A stretch of 64,000 bases of DNA from Eubacteriales bacterium (lineage in GTDB: Bacteria; Bacillota; Clostridia; Oscillospirales; CAG-272): the NCBI GenBank assembly GCA_045593725.1, contig JAZNXE010000028.1, forward strand, positions 10,694 through 74,693, read 5' to 3'. A model generated the notes under the pieces. The model ran no database searches, was not told the origin of the DNA, and worked only from the letters and a program-made list of their open reading frames with translations. Below, in pieces: positions 1 to 9,109 of this stretch. The position numbers and the translations under genes were made by a program. Every line of letters starts with the position of its first letter. The stretch's first letter is position 1.

Positions 1-1331
1 TCAAACTGAGCCGAAGAATTTGACAGAACGCTCAGGGAAACAAATGAGTTGTCATAGCAATCCTTCAGGCGAGAGATAAGCAGAGTTGAATCGTAGCTTC
101 CTAAAATTATATTAATATCCGAGAGTGCACCGCAAAGGGCTGAGTACAGCTTTTTTTCATAATCGGCTCTTTTTATCTCTGCTTTTATTTCGGAAGAGAT
201 ATTACATCCATCTATTATGCAGCCGTCGCCGTTAAATACTGCCTCTATGCGCTCAAGCTCACTGTCGCTGCCGCCGTCGAAGAGCAAGGAGAGTATTTCG
301 TCTTTGGCGTGAGCCTTCTCGTAGGAGAGAGTGTAGCCCCCAAAGAGAGAAACGAAATCTCCCGCTTCGTCCGCGGCGGTGGCGTTAGTTGAAAGCTCAC
401 TAACCGATATGAGGAGTCTGCTTATAAATATATTTGTATATTTATTCTTTGAAGAGGGCTTTGTCAGGTCGTCTATAAGCGTTCTCATCTCCTCGTTCAT
501 TATGGATATACTTTTTGAGTTTTTCAATTGAATATCGAACATTCCTATGCGACCGTTTGTTTTGATATCCTCGTCGGGTCTTATTACGGAGAAGATATCA
601 ACTGCTTGAGAGTAAAGGCTGTCACGCGCACGCTGAAGCGTCAGCTCGCTCTTTGCTTCCTCGAAAACAAGGGTAAAATCTCCTCCCCAAGAGTCGTCGG
701 ACTCAATGTTCACAAGCTTTCCAAGGGCTATTTCCACGTGTCCGTGGCACAACTGAGAATCCCCCTCGCGCAGCAGCAGCGATATCTTCTCGGTATAGGC
801 GGCTCTGTTCAAATCACTGCATAGGTCGGAGCATCTGCTCTGTATTGATTCCGCGCTCATATCCTTCTCTATTTCCCACAGAGCGTTTTCATATACTGCC
901 TTTACATCGTTTATGGATGAAGGCTCGGATATATCCTTTATATTCAGAAAATATATCCAGGCAAGGCGACCTGCGCTTATGCTTCGCGCGTAAGCCTGTT
1001 CTATTTCGGACGTCATTGACCTTTTTGAGGAGTCCTCGTGACCGTTAAGCGCCGACAGCTCGTTTCTGTATTTGCTTATAACGTTTGTTACCTCTGTGGA
1101 TATGCTTTTGGTAGAGGTCGGGTCATCCTGCTTGTATTTGCTTATTGCCCTGCCTATATCGGCAAGTCTGTCTTCAATTAGCTTGTGATTTTCAGCACTA
1201 AAATCCTCGCTTGACGTATTAGCTGACGCTATAATAGGTAAGAATACAAACGATAATATCAGCAAAGATATAAGTGCGTAAAATCTGCGTCGAAAATTCG
1301 CGCTTTTTGCCTGTAATTCTTTTGTTTTCAT
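1..1331 (-). CDS. hypothetical secreted or membrane-anchored protein, partial (C-terminus beyond left window edge)
   Basis: Own minus-strand translation; absent from the ORF track because it runs off the window. ATG 1331 gives MKTKELQAKSANFRRRFYALISLLILSFVFLPIIASANTSSEDF..., with no stop down to base 1 (443 codons). N-terminal hydrophobic signal/anchor. GGAGG at 1345-1349 has a long 13-nt spacing, so the start is uncertain. Track ORFs 528-824(+) and 845-1048(+) are its antisense shadows. Confidence 0.6.
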   Translation of the reverse strand, partial: MKTKELQAKSANFRRRFYALISLLILSFVFLPIIASANTSSEDFSAENHKLIEDRLADIGRAISKYKQDDPTSTKSISTEVTNVISKYRNELSALNGHEDSSKRSMTSEIEQAYARSISAGRLAWIYFLNIKDISEPSSINDVKAVYENALWEIEKDMSAESIQSRCSDLCSDLNRAAYTEKISLLLREGDSQLCHGHVEIALGKLVNIESDDSWGGDFTLVFEEAKSELTLQRARDSLYSQAVDIFSVIRPDEDIKTNGRIGMFDIQLKNSKSISIMNEEMRTLIDDLTKPSSKNKYTNIFISRLLISVSELSTNATAADEAGDFVSLFGGYTLSYEKAHAKDEILSLLFDGGSDSELERIEAVFNGDGCIIDGCNISSEIKAEIKRADYEKKLYSALCGALSDINIILGSYDSTLLISRLKDCYDNSFVSLSVLSNSSAQF

Positions 1332-1549
1332 ATGTTTTTGCCATCCTCCGAAAAATTAAGTTTACGTAAAAATATTATACCAATATATGGAAGTTTAGTC
1401 AATAAAATACATAAAATATTTTGTTAATATTCGCAGAATAATTTTATTTTTCAACACAAAAAATAGGATAAAATGTCGTCCCTCGTAAAAGCTTGGCGAA
1501 GCCGCTATGGAGGGGTTGAAAATTGTCGTCCGTAATTGTGAAAAATCGG

Positions 1550-1578
1550 TTGCAAAAAAAGGCGATTTGTGTTATAAT
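1550..1578 (+). promoter_or_regulatory. sigma-A-type promoter of the ACT/UPF0210 operon
   Basis: TTGCAA (1550-1555), 17-nt spacer, TATAAT (1573-1578), about 50 nt upstream of the ACT gene start. Confidence 0.55.
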
Positions 1579-1628
1579 AAGAAGGAATGAGAATCATAGC
1601 TCATAACAAAGTATTAAGGAAGTGCAAT

Positions 1629-1898
1629 ATGAACGCAATAATAACCGTAGTGGGACACGACAGCAAGGGAATAATAGCAAAGGTAAGCGCAAAATGCGCA
1701 CAGTCGGGAGCTAATATAGTTGAGATATCCCAGAGCGTACTTAAGGAATATTTCGCCATGATAATGGTGATAGACATATCCGATATCAAGACCCCCTTTA
1801 CGTCATTCGTAGATGAGATGAGGAAGCTTGGAGAGGATTCGGGGCTTGATATCCGAACCATGCATGAGGATATTTTTAATTCCATGCACAGAATATGA
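1629..1898 (+). CDS. stand-alone ACT-domain protein (UPF0237 family)
   Basis: MNAIITVVGHDSKGIIAKVSAKCAQSGANIVEISQSVLKEYFAMIMVIDIS... fits the ~90-aa ACT protein that normally precedes UPF0210. Start moved to ATG 1629 (AAGGAAG upstream) instead of track start 1587. Confidence 0.8.
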   Translation: MNAIITVVGHDSKGIIAKVSAKCAQSGANIVEISQSVLKEYFAMIMVIDISDIKTPFTSFVDEMRKLGEDSGLDIRTMHEDIFNSMHRI

Positions 1899-1927
1899 GT
1901 GCTTGAAGACGAAAGGCGGAAAAAATT

Positions 1928-3292
1928 TTGAATCTACTCAGCTTTGACGATATTTTCGAAACGATAAATATGATCAAGGAGGAAAACCTTGACATAAGAA
2001 CCATAACTATGGGTATTTCGCTTTACGATTGCGCGGGGGACGATATAGACACGGTGTGCGACCGTATCTACGACAAGATAACCACAAAGGCGCGTGACCT
2101 TGTAAAGGTAGGCTGTGACATTGAAAAGGAGTACGGCATACCGATAATCAATAAGCGTGTGTCCGTGACACCTATATCCCTTGTGGGAGGAAAATACTCA
2201 AAAGAGGATTACATAAAGATAGCAAAAACTCTTGACAGAGCCGCAAAGACTCTTGGTATAAACTTTATCGGCGGCTTCAGTGCCCTTGTGCAGAAGGGCT
2301 TTACGGATAACGCGAGAAATCTTATAGCCGCAATACCCGAGGCTCTGGCTTGTACCGAACGGGTGTGCTCCTCGGTAAACGTGGCGTCAACCAAGGCGGG
2401 CATCAATATGGATGCGGTGGCTATAATGGGTGACGTTATCAAGGAAGCGGCTTATCTGACTCGCGACAACCAGTCTATGGGCTGTGCCAAGCTGGTGGTA
2501 TTTGCTAACGTCCCCGAGGACAACCCCTTTATGGCGGGAGCTTTCCACGGTGTTGGAGAGGCTGAAACGGTTATAAACGTAGGCGTTTCGGGTCCCGGTG
2601 TGGTAAGCGCGGCTATAAAGAGAGCGGGAAATTGCAATTTTTCAGAGCTTGCCGACATAATAAAAAAGACCGCTTTTAAGATAACAAGAATGGGTCAGCT
2701 GGTGGCAACAGAGGCGTCAAAGCGCTTGGGAGTTCCTTTTGGTATAGTCGATCTTTCTCTGGCTCCCACTCCCGCCGTCGGTGACTCGGTAGCGTACATA
2801 CTTGAGGGAATGGGACTTGAGAAGTGCGGTACGCACGGAACGACCGCTGCCCTTGCTTTGCTCAATGACGCGGTGAAGAAGGGCGGAGTTATGGCTTCCT
2901 CTCACGTTGGCGGACTTTCGGGTGCGTTTATTCCGGTTTCGGAGGACGCGGGTATGATAGACGCGGCAAGAGTAGGCGCGCTTACTCTTGAGAAGCTTGA
3001 GGCTATGACCGCCGTATGCTCGGTGGGACTTGATATGATAGCCGTTCCCGGAGATACCCCCGCATCTACTATCTGCGGAATTATAGCGGATGAGATATCC
3101 ATTGGAGTTGCCAACACCAAGACCACGGCGGTTAGAATTATTCCCGCATACGGTAAGACGGTAGGCGAGTCGGTGGAGTTCGGAGGACTTCTGGGCTATG
3201 CCCCCATAATGAAGGTGAGCGAGTATTCCTGTGCCGATTTCATAGCCAGAGGCGGCAGAGTTCCCGCGCCTATACATTCGCTTAAGAACTAA
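1928..3292 (+). CDS. UPF0210 / DUF711 family protein
   Basis: N-terminal ...[20 protein letters not shown]... and ~450-aa length are typical of UPF0210. Conserved pairing with the ACT gene. TTG start 1928 from the track; ATG 1970 is an alternative. Confidence 0.8.
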   Translation: MNLLSFDDIFETINMIKEENLDIRTITMGISLYDCAGDDIDTVCDRIYDKITTKARDLVKVGCDIEKEYGIPIINKRVSVTPISLVGGKYSKEDYIKIAKTLDRAAKTLGINFIGGFSALVQKGFTDNARNLIAAIPEALACTERVCSSVNVASTKAGINMDAVAIMGDVIKEAAYLTRDNQSMGCAKLVVFANVPEDNPFMAGAFHGVGEAETVINVGVSGPGVVSAAIKRAGNCNFSELADIIKKTAFKITRMGQLVATEASKRLGVPFGIVDLSLAPTPAVGDSVAYILEGMGLEKCGTHGTTAALALLNDAVKKGGVMASSHVGGLSGAFIPVSEDAGMIDAARVGALTLEKLEAMTAVCSVGLDMIAVPGDTPASTICGIIADEISIGVANTKTTAVRIIPAYGKTVGESVEFGGLLGYAPIMKVSEYSCADFIARGGRVPAPIHSLKN

Positions 3293-3966
3293 AAATAATT
3301 TTTCAGCTTTGCCAGAGCGCTCTTCTCTATGCGGCTTACGTAAGAGCGGGAGATTCCAAGGCGCTCGGCTACCTGACGCTGAGTCAGGGGCTTTCTGCCC
3401 CCAAGACCGTAGCGCATAGCGATTATCCTTCTGCTTCGCTGGTCGAGCACGGTTGAGATAAGGCGGATAGCCTTATCGGAGTAAAGCTTTTTTGCCACCT
3501 CGGCATCAAGGGATTCCTCGGTGCAGACAACGTCCATATAAGTAAGGGGATTTCCGTCCCTGTCAACGTCAATGGTGTCGCTGAGGGATACCTCTGTGGC
3601 GAGCTTCTTCTGTGAGCGGAAGTGCATAAGTATCTCGTTTTGTATGCATTTTGCGGCGTAGGTGGCGAAGCGCGCCCCCGTGCTTACGTGAAAGCTATCC
3701 ACTGCCTTTATAAGACCTATTGTGCCTATTGACACCAGGTCCTCTTGATTCTTGGCGGAGGAGTAGTATTTTCGCACGATATGGGATACCAGACGTAGGT
3801 TGTGAAGTATGAGCTTCTCACGCGCCGCGCTGTCGCCCGCCTCGGCCCTCAGAAAAAGTCTGCGCTCCTCCTCGGACGGAAGAGGTGGTGGATAGTTGCC
3901 GGGCGTGTTGATGCCAAGGATGAGATTGATGAAGCTTGAAAAAAGGGACAGGATGCTTGTAAACAT
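3289..3966 (-). CDS. sigK: sporulation sigma-70-family factor, SigK-like (pro-sigma form)
   Basis: Regions 2-4 strings [35 protein letters not shown] and [14 protein letters not shown] are closest to B. subtilis SigK as I recall it ([29 protein letters not shown]). A hydrophobic ~25-aa leader precedes [14 protein letters not shown] lies 7 nt before ATG 3966. SigE is not fully excluded. Confidence 0.7.
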   Translation of the reverse strand: MFTSILSLFSSFINLILGINTPGNYPPPLPSEEERRLFLRAEAGDSAAREKLILHNLRLVSHIVRKYYSSAKNQEDLVSIGTIGLIKAVDSFHVSTGARFATYAAKCIQNEILMHFRSQKKLATEVSLSDTIDVDRDGNPLTYMDVVCTEESLDAEVAKKLYSDKAIRLISTVLDQRSRRIIAMRYGLGGRKPLTQRQVAERLGISRSYVSRIEKSALAKLKNYF

Positions 3967-4058
3967 AATATTTCTCCTTTTGAATTGTGTTCGCTAAATA
4001 TTATGCGGAAGACGTTTAAAAGATAAGATGAAACAAAAATATTCTTCGGAGGAAAATA

Positions 4059-5303
4059 ATGAAGGAACTTTTCGGAAACGCAATAGTAGGACAGTCGGGA
4101 GGACCCACCACGGCTATAAACGCTACGCTTACGGGCGTGGTGAAGGGGGCTATTGCCAGCAAGTATATACGCACTATATACGGAATGAGAAACGGTATTG
4201 AGGGACTAATCGATAGAAGGCTGATAGATCTTAACGAGGAGCTCAAGGACTCTGAAAAGCTTAGAATGCTTGAGCGTACTCCCGCAGCAGCGCTTGGCTC
4301 TTGCCGTATGAAGCTGCCTGACCCAAATTCGGCATCCGATACGGATATCGTGGTATTTGAAAAGATATTTCGCATATTTGCCGAGAATGATATAAGGTAT
4401 TTCTTCTATATAGGAGGAAACGATTCTATGGATACTGTCGCCAAGGTATCGGCATTTGCCCAGAAGATTGGTTATGATATCCGAGTAGTGGGAATACCCA
4501 AGACCATAGATAACGACCTTATAGAAACCGACCATACCCCAGGGTACGGCTCGGCGGCGAAATACGTAGCCACCACTATGCAGGAGATAATCCGTGACTG
4601 CGCTGTCTATACCACAAAAGCGGTGACTATTGTTGAGATAATGGGGCGTGACGCGGGATGGCTGACCGCGGCGTCTGCCGTAGGCTCGGTTATAAACGGA
4701 CAGGCTCCCGACCTTGTATATCTGCCCGAAAGAGTTTTTGATATGAACGCCTTTTACGAATCGGTGGAGAATGCCTTCAAGAAGCATCCCAATCTTGTGA
4801 TTGCGGTGTCCGAGGGTATCCGCTTTGCCGACGGGCGTTACGTGGGCGAGAGCACTCAGAGTGGAAGCGCCGACGTGTTCGGGCACAAATATTTGTCGGG
4901 AACGGCAAGAGCGCTTGAAATGGCTGTCAAGCTGAGATTTGGCTGTAAGGTAAGAGCAGTGGAGCTTAATCTGCCCCAACGCTGCGCGGGACACCTTTTC
5001 TCCAAGACCGATATAACAGAATCGGTTGCCATAGGAAGAGAGGCTGTAAGAGCGGCTACCGAGCAGGGTGTAAGCGGAGAAATGATGATATTTGAGCGAG
5101 TTTCCGACGCTCCTTACTGCGTTTCCATAGGACACAGGAGGGTAGCCGATATAGCAAATAGAGTCAAATTAGTGCCAGACGAATTTATAAACGAAAAGGG
5201 AGATTTCGTTACCGAGGAGTGCTGCAGATATATCCTTCCTCTTATTGAGGGCGAGGCTACTCCTACGTATTACAAGGGAATACCCCAATATCTCGTGCTG
5301 TAA
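4059..5303 (+). CDS. pfp: 6-phosphofructokinase, probably pyrophosphate-dependent
   Basis: PFK-A family strings GQSGGPTTAINATL, YIGGNDSMDT and GIPKTIDNDL. Asp in GGxDS and Lys in PKTIDND are the classical PPi-type signature. GGAGG RBS. Confidence 0.8.
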   Translation: MKELFGNAIVGQSGGPTTAINATLTGVVKGAIASKYIRTIYGMRNGIEGLIDRRLIDLNEELKDSEKLRMLERTPAAALGSCRMKLPDPNSASDTDIVVFEKIFRIFAENDIRYFFYIGGNDSMDTVAKVSAFAQKIGYDIRVVGIPKTIDNDLIETDHTPGYGSAAKYVATTMQEIIRDCAVYTTKAVTIVEIMGRDAGWLTAASAVGSVINGQAPDLVYLPERVFDMNAFYESVENAFKKHPNLVIAVSEGIRFADGRYVGESTQSGSADVFGHKYLSGTARALEMAVKLRFGCKVRAVELNLPQRCAGHLFSKTDITESVAIGREAVRAATEQGVSGEMMIFERVSDAPYCVSIGHRRVADIANRVKLVPDEFINEKGDFVTEECCRYILPLIEGEATPTYYKGIPQYLVL

Positions 5304-5346
5304 TTACGGCAAGGCTTAGGGCGTAATTTTCAGGGAAAGGACATTT

Positions 5347-6099
5347 ATGGAACTTGTACTGCTTACGGCTCTGGGAGTCGGCGGAGCTACCGTTATAGGA
5401 GCTTTGATAGGCTTTGCGTTTAAAAAAATATCACACGGCTTTTCTGACGTGGTTCTTTCCTTTGCCGCGGGAATTATGCTGGCGGCAGCTGTGCTCGGAC
5501 TTATAATACCATCTCTTGAGCACGGGGGAGAATTTGGTATTCTTATAACAGTAGCAGGAATATTTGCGGGAGCTATCTGCCTTAATCTTATAGATAAGCT
5601 GGTGCCTCACCTGCACAGACTTGCGGGAATAGAGCCTGAGAGCCACAACAACGCCAATCTTGGCAAGATACTTCTCTTTGTCAGCGCCATAGCGATACAC
5701 AATCTCCCCGAGGGCATTGCCGCGGGGGTTGGCTTCGGCGCGGGAGATACGGCGGGAGCGCTGGTCATAGCGGGAGGAATAGCCCTTCAGAATATCCCCG
5801 AGGGAATGATAATAATATCTCCTATGATATCGGCGGGAGTAAAGCCCGTCAGAGCACTTTCTCTGGCTATGCTTACGGGATTGTTCGAGGTCATAGGTAC
5901 GCTTGTGGGCTATTTTGCTGTAAGCCTTGCGTCCTTTATCCTGCCATTTGCCCTTGCTTTCGCGGGCGGAACTATGCTTTACGTAATAAGCGACGAGATG
6001 ATACTCGAAACTCACCCTCACGGAAGCGAGAGAGGGGCGACCTATGCTCTGCTGGTGGGCTTCTGCGTGATGATGGCTACCGACGTTCTGTTCGGATAA
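5347..6099 (+). CDS. ZIP-family divalent metal permease (ZupT/GufA-like)
   Basis: Polytopic 250-aa protein with AIHNLPEGIAAGVGFG and LQNIPEGM motifs typical of ZIP transporters. Confidence 0.8.
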   Translation: MELVLLTALGVGGATVIGALIGFAFKKISHGFSDVVLSFAAGIMLAAAVLGLIIPSLEHGGEFGILITVAGIFAGAICLNLIDKLVPHLHRLAGIEPESHNNANLGKILLFVSAIAIHNLPEGIAAGVGFGAGDTAGALVIAGGIALQNIPEGMIIISPMISAGVKPVRALSLAMLTGLFEVIGTLVGYFAVSLASFILPFALAFAGGTMLYVISDEMILETHPHGSERGATYALLVGFCVMMATDVLFG

Positions 6100-6237
6100 T
6101 ATTTAGAGCGATTATTATTGCTGCCGTATTTGTAATACCTGAAAAATTGTTTTGAGGAAGCTTGAAACAATTTTTTGTTTATAAAAGATATTTTTGGGGA
6201 AAATATTTACAACGAGATAACGTAAGAGAGGTTTTAT

Positions 6238-7233
6238 ATGAGAATAGCTTTTTTTGATGCCAAGCCCTACGACAAGCCTTCATTTGAAAAATTCGGAAAA
6301 GAGAATGGGGTTGAATTCAAATATTTTGAGACCAAGCTAAACGAGGACACCGTTGACCTTGCAAACGGCTTTGACGGGGTCTGCGTTTTTGTGAACGACA
6401 CCGTAAACGCCGCGGTTATAGACCGCCTTTGCGAAAAGGGAATAAGAATAGTAGCTCTCAGATGCGCCGGCTTTAACAATGTTGACCTGAGGCACGCCAA
6501 GGGCAGGGTGCATCTTTTGAGAGTTCCCGCATACTCGCCCTACGCCGTGGCGGAGCACACTATGGCTATGCTTCTCACCTCGGTGCGGCGTATTCACAAG
6601 GCGTATATCCGCACGAGAGATTTTAATTTCAGCCTTTCGGGAATGACGGGCTTTGACCTTCACGGAAAAACCGTGGGAGTTATAGGAACGGGACGTATAG
6701 GCAGGGTATTTATAAACATCTGCCGCGGCTTTGGAATGAAGATTTTGGCTTACGATAAATACAGAGCCGAGGGGTTAGACAACGGTGATACGGTAAGATA
6801 CGTGGAGCTTGATGAGCTTTTCAGAAAGAGTGATATCATATCTCTCCACTGCCCTCTTACAGAGGAGACCTATCACATAATTGATGCCGCTTCTCTTGAT
6901 AAGTGCAAAAAGGGCGTGGTGATACTCAACACCTCGAGGGGCGCGCTTGTGGATGCCGAGGCTCTCTTGGCGGGGATAAAGTCAAGAAAGGTAGGAGCTG
7001 CCTGTCTTGATGTTTACGAGGAGGAAAGCGAATTCTTTTTTGAGGACTTTTCGGGGCATATACTGGAGGACGACACGCTGGCAAGGCTTATCTCAATGCC
7101 AAACGTGATAGTAAGCTCACACCAAGCCTTTCTTACCGAGGAGGCGCTGGAGAATATTGCCGAAACAACTGTGAAAAATATCCTTGATATAACTAAAAAC
7201 GGAAAATGCGACAATGAGATATTGATAGACTGA
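6238..7233 (+). CDS. ldhA: D-lactate dehydrogenase (D-isomer 2-hydroxyacid dehydrogenase)
   Basis: Collinear with E. coli LdhA as recalled: ...KPYDK..., VCVFVNDTV, ALRCAGFNNVDL, RVPAYSPYAVAEH, GKTVGVIGTGRIG. Confidence 0.85.
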   Translation: MRIAFFDAKPYDKPSFEKFGKENGVEFKYFETKLNEDTVDLANGFDGVCVFVNDTVNAAVIDRLCEKGIRIVALRCAGFNNVDLRHAKGRVHLLRVPAYSPYAVAEHTMAMLLTSVRRIHKAYIRTRDFNFSLSGMTGFDLHGKTVGVIGTGRIGRVFINICRGFGMKILAYDKYRAEGLDNGDTVRYVELDELFRKSDIISLHCPLTEETYHIIDAASLDKCKKGVVILNTSRGALVDAEALLAGIKSRKVGAACLDVYEEESEFFFEDFSGHILEDDTLARLISMPNVIVSSHQAFLTEEALENIAETTVKNILDITKNGKCDNEILID

Positions 7234-7257
7234 CAAGTAATAAGACAAATAAAAAGC

Positions 7258-7301
7258 AACCGCTTTTGCTACGGTTAAATAGTAGCGAAAGCGGTTTTTT
7301 C
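7258..7301 (+). terminator. rho-independent terminator after ldhA
   Basis: AACCGCTTT-T-GCTAC ... GTAGC-G-AAAGCGGTT stem followed by TTTT (7297-7300). Confidence 0.8.
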
Positions 7302-7418
7302 ATAGAGATTTTAATTTTTACGCGCTTTTTCCTGCCTTATCATATTCTATTTCAAAAAGCAAGGACTCATGAGAAGATATAAAATATTTTAAAATTTGTC
7401 AAAAATTTCATCTTTAGG

Positions 7419-7447
7419 TTGAAAAGTCCAAAAGTGTGTGATATAAT
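7419..7447 (+). promoter_or_regulatory. sigma-A-type promoter of the mgtE leader
   Basis: TTGAAA (7419-7424), 17-nt spacer, TATAAT (7442-7447). It leaves a ~195-nt untranslated leader before mgtE. Confidence 0.65.
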
Positions 7448-7448
7448 A

Positions 7449-7640
7449 TTAAGGTAGGCTTGTGTAAAAAGCCAGAAGTTTGTTTATAAGGAAGATGACG
7501 GGATGAATGCTGACGGCTGTCGAATGTGCGATTTCAGGAATATAATAATAAGGGAAGGGCGTTTTCTGCCATAGCCTTACTTTGAGCTGTATCTGAGCGG
7601 CTCTTGCTTTTTGTGGCTTCCTTTCCCTATGAGAGGAGGT
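7449..7640 (+). promoter_or_regulatory. structured mgtE leader, candidate divergent M-box (Mg2+) riboswitch
   Basis: Partial matches to M-box core strings as I recall them: UUAAGGUAGGCU vs GUUAGGUGAGGCU, and CUGCCAUAGCC..CUUUGAGCUGUAUCUGA vs AUGCCAUACAG..CUAAAGCUCUACGA. A closing helix is possible between 7450-7459 and 7573-7583. Hairpin CCUUUC(7620-7625)/GAGAGG(7631-7636) can mask the SD. The gene context (mgtE) is the classical one. Confidence 0.4.
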
Positions 7641-7648
7641 CATTTTTT

Positions 7649-9049
7649 ATGGAGAACAATATTTACGAATTTGAGGACAGAAGCTATCGTTTAGCGATAC
7701 TTTCCGCAATTCGCGGTGACAACACCGACGAGGTGCTCAGGGAAATACTTGCGGATTATCACGACAACGATATAGCAGCCGTGCTTGAGGAGCTGTCAAG
7801 TGAGGAACTCGACAGACTTCACAGGGTGCTCGGAAGCGAGGGAATGTCCGAGGTCATTACCTTTTCGGATGACGCGGGAGAGATACTCTCGGAGATGGAT
7901 GCCGACGAGGCGGCGGATATCATCGAGCAGATGGATGCCGACGAGGCACTTGAGGTCCTTGAGGACCTTGACGAGGAAACGAGAAACGAGGTCCTTGAGC
8001 TTATTGAGGATGAGGTCAAGGAGGAGATAGAGCTTATCTATTCCTATGGTGAGGATGAATTTGGAAGCGTTATGAGCACCAATTTCATTGCTATCCGTAA
8101 AAGCCTCACGGTAAAGGGAGCTATGCGCGCGCTTATAGCTGCCGCACCCGAAAACGACAATATATACACCATTTTCGTAACCACCGATGAGGATGAGTTT
8201 TACGGAACCATAGACCTTAAGGAGCTTATCATAGCCAGAAGCGACAAGCCTCTGGAGGAGCTGATATATACCACCTTCCCCTACGTTTACGACAAGGAGA
8301 GTATATCCGAGAATATTGAGCGCATACGCGGATATTCCGAGGATATAATTCCCGTGCTTTCAAAGGAGGGAAATAAGCTCATAGGAGTCATTACCTCAAA
8401 GGATATAATCGAGATAGTGGATGCCGAGCGTCAGGATGATTACGCAAAGCTGGCGGCGCTGTCCTCTGAGGAGGAGAGCGACGAGTCTATCTTCAAGAGC
8501 ATGAGAAAGAGAATACCGTGGCTCATAACGCTTTTGTTTCTCGGTCTTGCGGTGTCTGCCGTGGTCGGACTTTTCGAGGGAGTTGTAAAGGAGCTTCCAC
8601 TTATAGTGTCCTTCCAGTCGCTCATACTCGGAATGGCTGGAAACGTGGGAACTCAGTCCTTGGCTGTTACTGTACGCGCCCTCAGCGCTGAGGAGCTTAA
8701 TACGAGAAAGCAGCTTGGATTTATATTCAAGGAAACCAGAGTAGCCTTTGTTAACGGATTGCTCATAGGATTCTTCTCCTTGATAATAGTGGGCGGATAT
8801 CTTTGGCTTATCGGGGGACACACTCTTGCTCTTGCTGTTACTACTGCCGCCTGCGTAGGCGCGGCGCTGTGGTTCGCTATGACTATATCGGGTCTTACGG
8901 GCGCGGCGATACCTATGCTTTTCTACAAGGTGGGAATAGACCCTGCCATAGCATCGGGACCGCTGATAACCACGGTTAATGACCTTGTTGCGGTGTTCAG
9001 CTATTACGGACTTGCGTGGGGACTGCTCCTGCGGTTTGGAGTCAATTAA
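7649..9049 (+). CDS. mgtE: magnesium transporter MgtE
   Basis: Acidic N-domain, CBS pair, and C-terminal 5-TM domain (GNVGTQSLAVTVRAL, PLITTVNDLVAV). Start set to ATG 7649 behind GAGAGGAGG rather than track start 7604. Confidence 0.9.
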   Translation: MENNIYEFEDRSYRLAILSAIRGDNTDEVLREILADYHDNDIAAVLEELSSEELDRLHRVLGSEGMSEVITFSDDAGEILSEMDADEAADIIEQMDADEALEVLEDLDEETRNEVLELIEDEVKEEIELIYSYGEDEFGSVMSTNFIAIRKSLTVKGAMRALIAAAPENDNIYTIFVTTDEDEFYGTIDLKELIIARSDKPLEELIYTTFPYVYDKESISENIERIRGYSEDIIPVLSKEGNKLIGVITSKDIIEIVDAERQDDYAKLAALSSEEESDESIFKSMRKRIPWLITLLFLGLAVSAVVGLFEGVVKELPLIVSFQSLILGMAGNVGTQSLAVTVRALSAEELNTRKQLGFIFKETRVAFVNGLLIGFFSLIIVGGYLWLIGGHTLALAVTTAACVGAALWFAMTISGLTGAAIPMLFYKVGIDPAIASGPLITTVNDLVAVFSYYGLAWGLLLRFGVN

Positions 9050-9109
9050 GAAAAATAATGCTTTGCGGAAGATTTATATAAGTATTTTGAAATTTGAAAG
9101 GTGATAAAA

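Noticed and set aside
528-1048. Track ORFs 528-824(+) and 845-1048(+).
   Set aside because: They lie antisense to a continuous 443-codon minus-strand frame with a signal peptide. They have no RBS.
4016-4375. 119-aa minus-strand ORF overlapping the start of the phosphofructokinase gene.
   Set aside because: It is an antisense shadow of a gene with clear PFK motifs. Its product is Ser/Ile-rich and low-complexity, and it has no RBS.
7785-8030. Alternative-frame ORFs (81 aa plus strand, 66 aa minus strand) and an 18-nt perfect direct repeat GATGGATGCCGACGAGGC (7894-7911 and 7930-7947).
   Set aside because: All lie inside the acidic N-domain of mgtE. The repeat is in frame and encodes the duplicated (E/Q)MDADEA helix segment typical of MgtE. 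This is not a separate element.
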